DNA of 64,000 nt, taken from Candidatus Iainarchaeum sp. (lineage in GTDB: Archaea; Iainarchaeota; Iainarchaeia; Iainarchaeales; 1-14-0-10-31-34). The notes beneath the pieces were generated by a model. The model had not been told where the DNA came from, searched no databases, and worked only from the letters and a program-made list of their open reading frames with translations. The stretch covers positions 3,230 through 67,229 of the forward strand of contig JAFCDN010000001.1 of NCBI GenBank assembly GCA_017609625.1, in the 5' to 3' direction. Every line of letters begins with the position of its first letter. The first letter of the stretch is position 1. Of this stretch, positions 48,173-57,502 are shown one piece after another. Made by a program: the position numbers and the translations under genes.

Positions 48173-49312
48173 ATGCCAGAAGAAAAAATGCTTATACCAA
48201 AAAAACAAATGGCTGTTGCAGTCTTAATTCTTGTTATTTTGATTGTTATTTCAGCTTATTGGGTTATAGAATCAACAAAAGATTCTAATGGAGATTTCAA
48301 TGGAGACAAAAATGGAGATGGAAACGGAAACATAATTCCTCCTGATGACAGACTTCCTTTTATTAAAATAACTATTCTAGAAAAAACAGACTGTACTGAA
48401 TGCCTTCCAATAGATGTTTTGGTTGATTCAATAAAAGAAAACTTTGATGTAAATATTCTGGAAGTAAAAAGAGTAGATTCTGACTCAAAAGAGGGACAGG
48501 ATTTAATTAAAATGCATGGAATAGAAAAACTGCCTACACTAATAATCAACGGAGAATTTAAGGGAACTGAATTAGAAGCTCAATGGCCTTTAATTGGAGA
48601 AGAAAAAAACGGCGTATTAATTTTAACTGAAGTCCAGCCGCCTTATTATTCTCTTACAGAAGAAAGACTGGTTGGCGGAGTAACTTTTTTATTAATTGAA
48701 AATTCTTCCTGTTCTGACTGCGTTGACTTAAATTTTTTCTCTGAAGTTTTGGAAAACTATGGAATTCTAATAGAAGAAAAAATTGTTTTGGATTACAATT
48801 CCAAAGAAGCAGAAGACTTTTTTTATTTTTATTTAATTGACCGTGTTCCTGTGTTGATTTTGATAGGAGATGCAGAAGCATATCCTCTTTTTTCTTCTGA
48901 CTGGACTCAATGGGGGGGCAATGTAGAAGACGACGGAGCATTTATTTACAGGGATGCAGTTCCATATTATGACCTTCTTTCAGAAGAAGTTAAGGGGCTG
49001 GTTGAATTAACAAAACTGGTTGATGAAAACTGTTTAGACTGCGTTGATATAAGTTATCTTGTTGAACCACTGCTTCAGATGGGTTTGGTTATAGTAAAAG
49101 AAGAAACTTTTGACATTTCTTCAGAAAAAGGAATAGAATTAATAGAAAAATATGAAATAAAAAAAGCGCCTACAATAATCGTCTCAAAAGAAGCAGAAGA
49201 ATACCTTGATTTTTTTGTTGTATGGCCTGAAGTTGGAACACAAGAATCTGACGGAGTTTTTATTTTCAGAAATCTTGAAATATTTGACCAAAATTTTACA
49301 ACATTAGAATAA
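48173..49312 (+). CDS. Membrane-anchored acidic protein with three thioredoxin-like CxxC repeats
   Basis: CTEC, CSDC and CLDC, each followed by an S..G..LI..Y.I...P-type motif. Confidence 0.75.
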   Translation: MPEEKMLIPKKQMAVAVLILVILIVISAYWVIESTKDSNGDFNGDKNGDGNGNIIPPDDRLPFIKITILEKTDCTECLPIDVLVDSIKENFDVNILEVKRVDSDSKEGQDLIKMHGIEKLPTLIINGEFKGTELEAQWPLIGEEKNGVLILTEVQPPYYSLTEERLVGGVTFLLIENSSCSDCVDLNFFSEVLENYGILIEEKIVLDYNSKEAEDFFYFYLIDRVPVLILIGDAEAYPLFSSDWTQWGGNVEDDGAFIYRDAVPYYDLLSEEVKGLVELTKLVDENCLDCVDISYLVEPLLQMGLVIVKEETFDISSEKGIELIEKYEIKKAPTIIVSKEAEEYLDFFVVWPEVGTQESDGVFIFRNLEIFDQNFTTLE

Positions 49313-50539
49313 CTTTTCCAGAACAAGTTCAGTTTCTCCTGAAAAAGAATTGTCTTTTCCAGATGCAATAAAGCAAACTTCTTTTCCTTTAATTTTTTCA
49401 TTCAATTCTTCAATCAATTCTTCTACAATAACTTCTTCCAGCCTTTCTTCAATTTCTTCACTTCTTTTGCCTAAAATTTCTTCACCTTTTTTCCCGTAAA
49501 CTATTGTGTTCATTCTTCCGGATTCATCTTCTAATTCAAAAGAAACAACAAGCTTTTTATCTGGCTTTAAAATCTGTCCGCAGGAATCACAAAAAAATTT
49601 GTTTTCTTCTTCCTGAATTTTTTTTCCGCATTCAGAACAGACATTAAACAAAAGCTTTGTTTTATTCAAGTGATTTATTTTTCCTTTTACTAAAAACCTT
49701 TTTCCTTCAACAACCTGATTTAATTCTTTTTTTCCAAAAACCTTTTCACATAATTCTTTCAGTTCAGCAATTCCGGCAATTTCGTTTATTTCAGTATTTG
49801 AATTTGAATGCAGTTCAATTTTATCAAACCCTTTTCTTGCATTAACCATTTGCAATTCAATTCCTTTTCCCTCTTCAACTTTCTCTTTTGCTTTTTCATT
49901 CCATAAAACTACTCTAACTACCCCGCTTTCGTCAATAAGTTCTATTCTCTGTAATAGCCCTTTTTTGCCTTCTTTTGTTTCAAACTCTTTTAACGGAAAC
50001 TTTCTCAAAACCCTTGCTTTAACTGAAAAATTCCTGTCAGATTCTTGTACTTCAGAAATTTTTTTAATTTCAATTCCTTTGCCTTCTTTTAATTCAAAAT
50101 TTCCGTTAAACCCTTTTTTTAATTGAATTTTTCCGTTAAATTCTTCAACAGAAAACTCTTCTAAAACAATTTTTTTTCCAGTATCTTTTTCTGAAATTTC
50201 TTCTGTTTCTTTATTCCATAAAACCAGAAAAGCAGTTCCGCTTTTGTCTTTAATCTGTACATTCCTTAATTTTCCCGTTTTCCCGTTTTTTTCAAATTCC
50301 CTTGCAGGGTAAACTGAAACAACCTCTGCCTCTAAATTAACAGTTTTTCCTTTTTTTAATTCTGAAATCAAAGTGTTTTCTTCCCCAAAATTAATTTTTT
50401 GTTCTCTTGCAACCAAAAACAATGCAGCTTCTGTATTCAGCATTCCGGAAAACTTTTCCACTTTTTCTTTTACTTTTGCTTCCAGTTCTTTTTCGCTTAA
50501 ATTCCCTTTTTCAAGGATTTGTTCTCTTAATCTATCCAT
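49304..50539 (-). CDS. rpa: Replication protein A (multiple OB folds, zinc finger)
   Basis: Repeated D.SG...LVLWN OB motifs; CSEC...CDSC. Confidence 0.85.
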   Translation of the reverse strand: MDRLREQILEKGNLSEKELEAKVKEKVEKFSGMLNTEAALFLVAREQKINFGEENTLISELKKGKTVNLEAEVVSVYPAREFEKNGKTGKLRNVQIKDKSGTAFLVLWNKETEEISEKDTGKKIVLEEFSVEEFNGKIQLKKGFNGNFELKEGKGIEIKKISEVQESDRNFSVKARVLRKFPLKEFETKEGKKGLLQRIELIDESGVVRVVLWNEKAKEKVEEGKGIELQMVNARKGFDKIELHSNSNTEINEIAGIAELKELCEKVFGKKELNQVVEGKRFLVKGKINHLNKTKLLFNVCSECGKKIQEEENKFFCDSCGQILKPDKKLVVSFELEDESGRMNTIVYGKKGEEILGKRSEEIEERLEEVIVEELIEELNEKIKGKEVCFIASGKDNSFSGETELVLEKLF

Positions 50540-50592
50540 AAAAAAACAGATTCACAAAAAAGTTTAAGTTGCTTTACCTTGTCAATTACTTA

Positions 50593-51243
50593 ATGCCTTT
50601 ATTAAATCCAGCACAAAATGTTTTTTTGATTTCAACTTCAGACCTTTCCTGCAATTCTTTTTTACTAAAAGCAAAACAAAACCTTCTGATTGATTCTGGT
50701 TCAAGCACTGCAACAGAAGAGCACATTTCAACCCTAAAAAAACTAAATTTAGAACTGTCAGATATCTCTGTGATTCTTCACACTCACGGCCATTACGACC
50801 ATTTTCAGGCAGACAAAATCTATTCTAAAGCAGAAACTTTTATGAGCGAGTTTGACTCAAAACACTTAATAGAAGAAAACCCTGAATTCACTCGAATAAG
50901 AGAAGATTCTTTTCATCCAAAAATCCATTCCTTTCTGAAAGAAAACCAAGTTCTTGAATTTCTGCCATTCAAACTCAAAGTTATTTCCACTCCAGGCCAT
51001 ACAAAAGGCAGTCTTTGCTTTTACGAGCCAGACAAAAAAATGCTTTTCTCTGGCGACACAATTTTTTTCCACACTATTGGCAGAACAGATTTAATGTCTG
51101 GTTCTTTTTCTGACCTGAAAAATTCAGTGCAAAAACTCTCTGAATTGGATGTAGAACATCTTTTCCCTGGTCATGGAAAAATCGTTTCAGGAAAAAAAGA
51201 AAACAGAGAAAACTTTGAATATATTAAAAAGCATTTTTTTTGA
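50593..51243 (+). CDS. MBL-fold metallo-hydrolase
   Basis: THGHYDH, TPGHTKG, SGDTIF, PGHG. Confidence 0.92.
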   Translation: MPLLNPAQNVFLISTSDLSCNSFLLKAKQNLLIDSGSSTATEEHISTLKKLNLELSDISVILHTHGHYDHFQADKIYSKAETFMSEFDSKHLIEENPEFTRIREDSFHPKIHSFLKENQVLEFLPFKLKVISTPGHTKGSLCFYEPDKKMLFSGDTIFFHTIGRTDLMSGSFSDLKNSVQKLSELDVEHLFPGHGKIVSGKKENRENFEYIKKHFF

Positions 51244-51297
51244 ACACTGGCAGTGTACTCTCCAAACCAATAAAAGCACAAAAAGCAGAACTCTTTA

Positions 51298-51728
51298 ATG
51301 GCCAGAAGAATTTATTTGGATTCAAATGTTTTTATTTCTTTTGTCAGGGAAGAAATTGATTCTGCTTTAAATATGAGGCATTTAGATTGCAGAGATTTTT
51401 TTGCATTATGCAGAAAAGAAAACATGTTTTGTTGCTTTCTGATTTGTTTTTTTCTGAGGTTTACAAACAAATTTCGCTAACTAGAGAAAGCGTAATTGAA
51501 GAATTCAACAGAATGAATGCAAAAGTTTTGTTGGCCAACAAAATGCCAGATGAAAAATTAATTTTAAAGATAAATCGCGAATGTAAACTGCATTTCTCTG
51601 ATTCAACACATGTTGCGTATGCTTATGAAAATAAAGCAGATTTTATTGTATCTTGGGACAAAGATTTTCTAAAATCTAAGGCATTTGTTAAATGCAGGTC
51701 TCCTAAAGATTTTTTAAATGTTCTCTAG
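51298..51728 (+). pseudogene. PIN-domain (VapC-like) nuclease, frameshifted near 51420
   Basis: IYLDSNVFI in the first frame; SEV, HFSDSTHVA and IVSWDKDF in the second. One extra A in GAAAAC would fuse the frames. Confidence 0.8.
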
Positions 51729-51969
51729 CCAATTCATCTCTTTCTTTTTGAGAAAGCATTTTGTTAAAGCGTGCTTTTTTTTGGAGCCTTTTCTTTGAGG
51801 CTTCAACAGCTTTTAGATGAGGTTCTAATTCTAAAATTTTATACAGTTTTTCTCTTGCAGCATCTCTTAAAAATTCGCTTTTAGACTGATAAAGACCTGT
51901 CCTAGAAATTAATTCATCTATTTTTTTTGAGAAAGGTTTTTCTATTGTAAAGCTCACAGTAGTGCTCAT
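51703..51969 (-). CDS. Ribbon-helix-helix (CopG/Arc/MetJ) antitoxin-like regulator
   Basis: TVSFTI...IDELI..GLYQSKSEFLRDAARE. Confidence 0.85.
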   Translation of the reverse strand: MSTTVSFTIEKPFSKKIDELISRTGLYQSKSEFLRDAAREKLYKILELEPHLKAVEASKKRLQKKARFNKMLSQKERDELAREHLKNL

Positions 51970-52103
51970 ATCCTAACCTTAAACAAAACATTACTTAATA
52001 GTATGCTATTAGAATGCTATTAAAAAGTAAAGGAGGGCTTTTATTCTGAGCCAGCAAAAAACCCTTTTAAATAACTTTTCTACTCAATTTTTGAGTGAAA
52101 TTT

Positions 52104-52889
52104 ATGTTTGAAAACCATTTTGGAAAGACCTATAAAAAAATTCTGAAAGAAATTGAAGAAAAAAAAGGATTAGTTTTTTTGGTTATTGACCCTCCAGACC
52201 AGTCTCCAGAAGAAGCAGGAATTATTGCAAAACTAGCAGAAAAAGCTGGAATTGCAGCTTTTGCTGTTGGAGGTTCAATTGGAGCACAAGGCTCTACTTT
52301 AGATAAAACAATTAAACAAATCAAATCAAACTCTTCTCTTCCAGTAGTTTTGTTTCCTGGAAATATTGCTACTTTAAGCCCTAAAGCTGATGCAGCTTAT
52401 TTTATGTCAATGCTTAATTCCAGAGACCCGTATTTTATCAGCGGGGCACAGACTGTTTCTTCTATTCCAATAAAAAAAATGAATTTAGAAACAATTCCAA
52501 CTTCTTATCTTGTTTTTGAGCCAGGAAGAGCGGTTGGATGGGTTGGCCAAGCTAATTTAATTCCAAGAGATGTTCCTTATGTTGGAGCAGCAGCAGCTTT
52601 AGCAGGCCAGTATAATGGTTCTCATTTAGTAATCTTAGAATCTGGTTCTGGCGCTTCTTCTCCTGTTCCTCCAGAAAACATTAAAGTAATTGCTTCAACT
52701 ATTGATATTCCGATTATTGTTGCTGGCGGAGTAAAGACGCCGAAAATGGCTTTTGATTCAATCCAAGCAGGTGCTTCTATTGTTCATGTTGGAACTGCAG
52801 TGGATAATGTACACAAAAACAAAGAGAAAGCTTTCAAGCTGATGAAAGAGTTTGTTGTTTCTGCACGCGAAGGCGGAAAAAAACGCTGA
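52104..52889 (+). CDS. Geranylgeranylglyceryl phosphate synthase family protein
   Basis: VIDP, VGGS, VLFPG, MSMLNSRDPYFI, LESGSGA, VAGGV, VHVGT. Confidence 0.9.
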   Translation: MFENHFGKTYKKILKEIEEKKGLVFLVIDPPDQSPEEAGIIAKLAEKAGIAAFAVGGSIGAQGSTLDKTIKQIKSNSSLPVVLFPGNIATLSPKADAAYFMSMLNSRDPYFISGAQTVSSIPIKKMNLETIPTSYLVFEPGRAVGWVGQANLIPRDVPYVGAAAALAGQYNGSHLVILESGSGASSPVPPENIKVIASTIDIPIIVAGGVKTPKMAFDSIQAGASIVHVGTAVDNVHKNKEKAFKLMKEFVVSAREGGKKR

Positions 52890-52958
52890 TTTTAAAGAAA
52901 ACCTTAAAAACCAGAACATCTAAATAATGACTATTATTACTTTTTGGAGAGTGGTTTA

Positions 52959-53462
52959 ATGAAAAAATTATTATTGCTGGCAGTGATTTTAATTGTCTTA
53001 ATCAGTTTTGCTTCTGCATTAATGCTTATAGGCGGAAGAAGTCCATATCCTAACCGCCAAGTTGAAGCAGATGATATTACTGATCCTATCCCGCAGCCTT
53101 TAGCTAAAAGCACTACAGAAGACATAATCTGGAGTGCAAAAGCAGATGACATTCCCAATGGCGGTGCAAAAGTTTTGTCTTTTGGAATGCAGATTGGAAC
53201 TCTTGCTTATGGCGGAGGCTCTGATGGTTCAGTCAAACTCTATCCAGGGAATGGCACAGCAAAAGTTTTGTCTTTTGGTCTAAGAATTACTGGCAATAAA
53301 ACTTTGTCTTTTGCTGCAGGCGTGCAGGATGAAACAGCCAAAACAGACATTATTAATGGCGGAGGAGTAAAGCTGGGAAAAATAATTTTTGCTGGTGGAG
53401 TTCCTGATGGAAATTTAAAACTGAAAACACCCGGAATTACTGAAGAACACTTAGGGATTTAA
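52959..53462 (+). CDS. Secreted hypothetical protein built of short repeated motifs
   Basis: Signal peptide MKKLLL...FASA; AKVLSFG twice (20-nt perfect DNA repeat at 53166 and 53259); DI(I/P)NGG twice. Confidence 0.75.
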   Translation: MKKLLLLAVILIVLISFASALMLIGGRSPYPNRQVEADDITDPIPQPLAKSTTEDIIWSAKADDIPNGGAKVLSFGMQIGTLAYGGGSDGSVKLYPGNGTAKVLSFGLRITGNKTLSFAAGVQDETAKTDIINGGGVKLGKIIFAGGVPDGNLKLKTPGITEEHLGI

Positions 53463-53475
53463 AAAATATTTTTTT

Positions 53476-53495
53476 GAATGGATTTAAATCCATTC
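53476..53495. terminator. Perfect 20-bp palindrome followed by long T tracts
   Basis: GAATGGATTTAAATCCATTC downstream of the ORF, then a T-rich region. Confidence 0.5.
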
Positions 53496-53624
53496 TTTTC
53501 TATTTATTTTAATTAATTAGTTTTGTTTTTTTTATTTCTTTTTTATTTTTAATTATTTCTTTTTTCATTTTTTTCTTTTATTTTTTCAATTAGTTTTTCA
53601 TTTATTTTTCTGCTTTTTTTCTGG

Positions 53625-53655
53625 TTTTGGCAACCTGCCTTTTTTCAAAAGGCGG
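53625..53655 (-). repeat. REP-like palindrome plus CAAAA tail
   Basis: Minus strand reads CCGCCTTTT-GAA-AAAAGGCAG-GTTGC-CAAAA. Confidence 0.5.
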
Positions 53656-53659
53656 TTTT

Positions 53660-54550
53660 TCAGCCTTGCTCTTGTGCCTGCAGTTCTTTCACTGTTTCTT
53701 TTATTCCTTTTTCTGTAGTATAAATTGGCTTCCAGCCGAGTTTTCTGATTTTTTCTGTTGAATAATTTCTTTCTCTTATCAATCTCAAAATATGTTCTTT
53801 TCTTACAATAGAATCTCTTTTAAAGAAAGCATAAAGTCTTGCAACAAAAACCGGAACTAATTTTATTTTTTTCTTTACTTTTAATTCTCTTTGAATCAAA
53901 AAATAAACATCAATCAATTTCTTTCCTTTTTCTTCTGCTATAATAAAAGTTTCATTTTCTGTTTCTTTGCTTTTCAGACAAAAAATTATTGCTGAAACCA
54001 AATCCTTGTAATAAACCATCTGAAAAGAATTTTTTCCTGTGCCGATTAAAGGAAACCCTTCTTTTGCTAGTTTAACTATTTCTTTCCAGTATTTATTCGG
54101 CCCTAAAACCAAAGCGCTTCTGATTATTGTAACCGGAAGCAGTTCCTGAAATTCATTTACTTTTTTTTCTGCTTCTGCTTTGGATTTTTCATATTTTGTT
54201 TTTGGATTAAAAGGAGTTAATTCTGTTGCCTGTGTTGTAATTTCTCCCATTACCCCTGCAGTGCTTAAATAAATAAATTTTTTCACTTTAAATTCAACGC
54301 ATTTTTCTAATAACTTTTCTGTTCCTTTTACATTCACTTTATTTAACTCCTCTAAGGATTTCTTTTCATTTAATGAAGCAGCCAAATGAATCACAACTTC
54401 CGCTCCTTTAACCAATTCCAAGTCTTTTTTGTTTAACAGATTCTGTCCTCTAGTCAAATCAAACTCCACTACCTGATTCCTTTGCTTTCTCAGCTCTTTT
54501 ACTAGTTCTTTTCCAATAAACCCTTCAGAGCCTGTTACTAAGATTTTCAT
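53660..54550 (-). CDS. NAD-dependent epimerase/dehydratase
   Basis: VTGSEGFIG, HLAA, VNVKGT, YEKSK. Confidence 0.92.
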   Translation of the reverse strand: MKILVTGSEGFIGKELVKELRKQRNQVVEFDLTRGQNLLNKKDLELVKGAEVVIHLAASLNEKKSLEELNKVNVKGTEKLLEKCVEFKVKKFIYLSTAGVMGEITTQATELTPFNPKTKYEKSKAEAEKKVNEFQELLPVTIIRSALVLGPNKYWKEIVKLAKEGFPLIGTGKNSFQMVYYKDLVSAIIFCLKSKETENETFIIAEEKGKKLIDVYFLIQRELKVKKKIKLVPVFVARLYAFFKRDSIVRKEHILRLIRERNYSTEKIRKLGWKPIYTTEKGIKETVKELQAQEQG

Positions 54551-54609
54551 TTTCTTTCCCTTTTAATTAAACGAAAACCTTATTATTAATTTTACCTCAT
54601 GGTTTCTTA

Positions 54610-55653
54610 ATGGAAAAAGATTTAATTGAAATAGACGGCAGGGCAGGAGGGCAGTGTCTGCGTACTTCTCTTGCATTATCTTCTGTGCTGAAAAAACCTG
54701 TTTTGGTTTTTAATATCAGAAACAACAGGCCAAAACCCGGCTTGGCAAAACAGCATTTAACTGGCTTAAACACTTTAGCAAAAATTTCCAAGACAAAAGT
54801 AAAAGGAAATTTTCTTGGTTCAAAAAAAGTTGTTTTTTATCCAAAAACAATAAAAGAAGGAAACTATTCTGTTAACATCGGGACAGCAGGTTCAATCACT
54901 TTGCTTCTTCAGGTTTTAACTCTTCCATTGATTTTTTCTGAAACCAAAAGTTCTTTTAGAATTGTCGGCGGAACTGATGTTCCTTTTTCTCCTTCTTTTA
55001 ATTACGCTAAAGAAGTTTTTTTCCCTTTCCTCTCATCCTTAGGAGCAAAATTTTCTTTGGATTTAAAAAGAAGAGGATATTATCCCAAAGGAAATGGTTT
55101 TGTTTCTTTTTCCAAAATTTCTTCCAAATTACCATTAAAACCTTTTTATAAAACAGAACAAGATGAACTAAATTATATTAAAATCATTGCACATTCAACC
55201 GGCTATCCAAAAGAAGCTTCTTCTAATTTATGCGCTTCAGCTAAAAGCATTTTATCAGAAAAGTTTTCTGCTTTAGAAGAAGTAATTGAATTCAATGAAG
55301 CAATAGATGAAAAAGGAGCAGGCATTTCTTTGATTGCTTTTTTTAAGGACAGAACAAGAATTGGTGCAAGTACAGTGCAGGAAAAAAACCCTGCAAAAGC
55401 AGGAAAAAAAACAGCAGAATTTCTTTTGAAAGAAATAGATTCAAAAAAACCAGTTGACTCTCATCTTTCTGATCAGTTAATTCCTTTTATGGCTTTAGCT
55501 AAAGGACACTCAACTTTTGAAACCTCTTCTCTTACACAGCACACTTTAAACAACATCTCTGTTACAGAAAAATTTCTTGAAGTAAAATTTGAAGTTAAAG
55601 GAAAATTAAATGAACCTGCAGAGATTTCTGTTAAAGGAATTGGCTTTAAATAA
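54610..55653 (+). CDS. rtcA: RNA 3'-terminal phosphate cyclase
   Basis: GGQCLRT, IRNNRPKPGL..QHL, GTAGSITL, GGTDVP.SP, RRGYYPKG, DSHLSDQL. Confidence 0.94.
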   Translation: MEKDLIEIDGRAGGQCLRTSLALSSVLKKPVLVFNIRNNRPKPGLAKQHLTGLNTLAKISKTKVKGNFLGSKKVVFYPKTIKEGNYSVNIGTAGSITLLLQVLTLPLIFSETKSSFRIVGGTDVPFSPSFNYAKEVFFPFLSSLGAKFSLDLKRRGYYPKGNGFVSFSKISSKLPLKPFYKTEQDELNYIKIIAHSTGYPKEASSNLCASAKSILSEKFSALEEVIEFNEAIDEKGAGISLIAFFKDRTRIGASTVQEKNPAKAGKKTAEFLLKEIDSKKPVDSHLSDQLIPFMALAKGHSTFETSSLTQHTLNNISVTEKFLEVKFEVKGKLNEPAEISVKGIGFK

Positions 55654-55706
55654 GCAATAGATTAATATACTTATTTTTTTATATTGTCTATAAAAGTGTT
55701 AATCTT

Positions 55707-56423
55707 ATGAGTATAAGAGTAATTGGATCCAGGCCGTCTGTTTCACGTAAAAGTAGTAGGATTTCAATGGCAGATGGAAATAGGAAGTCTAGAAATACAA
55801 ATAGACAAAGGGGTTCCCCAAAAAGAAGGCAAAACTCATCTAGAACCAATAAACCGCCAAGAAGGCCAAAAAAAGAGGGAAGTACTCTTAGTTATGTTCC
55901 CCCTAAAACTCTTATTGAATTTATTAGGGCAGGAGATACTTCTAACTGGAATGCATTTAAAAAATTCTCTAAAATTTCTTTTGATAAAACAAAGCAATTA
56001 TGGGCGCTTCAGAGTCCATCAAATCGCATAGTAAGACATAAATTAAACCCTTTTTTGGTATTATTCTGTTTTAATATAGTATTAGTAGAAGGATCAACAT
56101 TTGCAGATGCTGCAAAAAAAGTTAATTCTTTTCTTAGAGAAAATGGGGTTGAAGTTACTTTAATTCCAAACAGCGTATCTCAAATAAACAGAGACTTAAA
56201 AATTGTTGAGATAAAAACAAGAGTAACAGGGCGCAAAACAGGGGGCCCAAGAAAACCTGTTTCAGATGCAATAAAAAGACAAGTAGCTAATCTGCTTAGA
56301 CAAATGCCAGCTGATACAACCAGAAGATTAAATTTTGGAAGTATTGCAGCAAAAGTTGGGCTTTCAGAAAGCATTGTCAAAAAAATGAATACTGATCCTG
56401 ATTTTTGGAGAGAATATGGTTAA
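55707..56423 (+). CDS. Hypothetical protein with Arg/Ser-rich N-terminus and probable C-terminal HTH
   Basis: Basic low-complexity N-terminus; NFGSIAAKVGLSESIVKKM HTH-like motif. Confidence 0.65.
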   Translation: MSIRVIGSRPSVSRKSSRISMADGNRKSRNTNRQRGSPKRRQNSSRTNKPPRRPKKEGSTLSYVPPKTLIEFIRAGDTSNWNAFKKFSKISFDKTKQLWALQSPSNRIVRHKLNPFLVLFCFNIVLVEGSTFADAAKKVNSFLRENGVEVTLIPNSVSQINRDLKIVEIKTRVTGRKTGGPRKPVSDAIKRQVANLLRQMPADTTRRLNFGSIAAKVGLSESIVKKMNTDPDFWREYG

Positions 56424-56457
56424 TGTTGTTTATATTGGATTGGATTTAAGGGATTAG

Positions 56458-56649
56458 ATGAATAAAAAAACTCTGAAAATTTTTGTAATAGTGCTTTCTT
56501 TAATGCTTTTGATTATTTTTAATCTTGCAGTTTTAGGTTATACTGATCCAATAAATTTTTGGATTGCAGCAATTTTAGTTGCAGTTTTTGCTTTTATTGC
56601 TCTGCCAAAACTAAATAAACAACGCAACCAGCAGCTGGGGAAAAACTAA
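56458..56649 (+). CDS. Small two-TM membrane protein
   Basis: 63 aa with two hydrophobic helices. Confidence 0.6.
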   Translation: MNKKTLKIFVIVLSLMLLIIFNLAVLGYTDPINFWIAAILVAVFAFIALPKLNKQRNQQLGKN

Positions 56650-57450
56650 ATTAATCAGCACTCCAACAAAAATAAACGGCCCAAATTTAGGCAAATCCCG
56701 GTAAACAAGCAGTTCTTTTACTCCTGCTTTTTGCAGTTCTTTTTTTTCTTTTTCTCCTAACACTCCCTTCAAACCAAGATTTAACTTTTCCAGTGTTTCT
56801 TTTTTTTCAAATTCAACTGCAATCAGTTCATCTTCTTCCATTTTTTCTATTGAAATTTTTTTAAGGAAAAAATTCTTTTTAATTCCTTTTTCTAATGCAA
56901 TAAAAATCAATGCAACAGCCATTGGAATCAATAAAACCAAAATCAGTTTTTCCATGCCAGCATAATAGACCATTAAAAAATAAAATAAAATCAAAACTCC
57001 CAATCCAACAGCTTTTTTCATTCCTTCTATATTTTCTTTCCATATAATTCCTTTTCTTGCATATTTCAAAACAAAATACACTCCGTAAAATAGCAGGGAA
57101 GTTATTCCTGCCCAAATTAATGAATTTAACACAAAAATATTCAAAGGAAAAATTCCTGTTTCAAAAGGCAAAAGCAATGCTATTGCAGTGAATAATTTTA
57201 TATCTCCTCCGCCTATTTTCCCTAAAAAATACATTGCATAGCCTAAAGCAAAAACTATTATTCCAACAGAAAACAGTTCCAGAAACTTTTCCAGAGAAAC
57301 TTCTATCCCAAGTTCAAATAAATTTAATAAAATCCCAACAGCAATCATTGGATAAGTGATTTTATCAAAAATATAGCCAGTTTTATAGTCTGTATAAGCT
57401 GCAATCAAGCTTCCAATTAAAATCACTGCATATCTTAAAAGCAAAATCAT
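56611..57450 (-). CDS. Prepilin peptidase (A24 family)
   Basis: AYTDYKT, IGGGDIKL, PKFGPFI; multi-TM. Confidence 0.9.
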   Translation of the reverse strand: MILLLRYAVILIGSLIAAYTDYKTGYIFDKITYPMIAVGILLNLFELGIEVSLEKFLELFSVGIIVFALGYAMYFLGKIGGGDIKLFTAIALLLPFETGIFPLNIFVLNSLIWAGITSLLFYGVYFVLKYARKGIIWKENIEGMKKAVGLGVLILFYFLMVYYAGMEKLILVLLIPMAVALIFIALEKGIKKNFFLKKISIEKMEEDELIAVEFEKKETLEKLNLGLKGVLGEKEKKELQKAGVKELLVYRDLPKFGPFIFVGVLINLVFPQLLVALFI

Positions 57451-57502
57451 AATAAAGTTACTAAAGAAATGTTTTTTAACTCTTTAAAGTATTCTTTTCT
57501 TT

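Noticed and set aside
51410-51425. Programmed -1 frameshift in the PIN gene
   Set aside because: No X XXY YYZ heptamer in the correct phase and no clear stimulatory structure; a single deletion is simpler.
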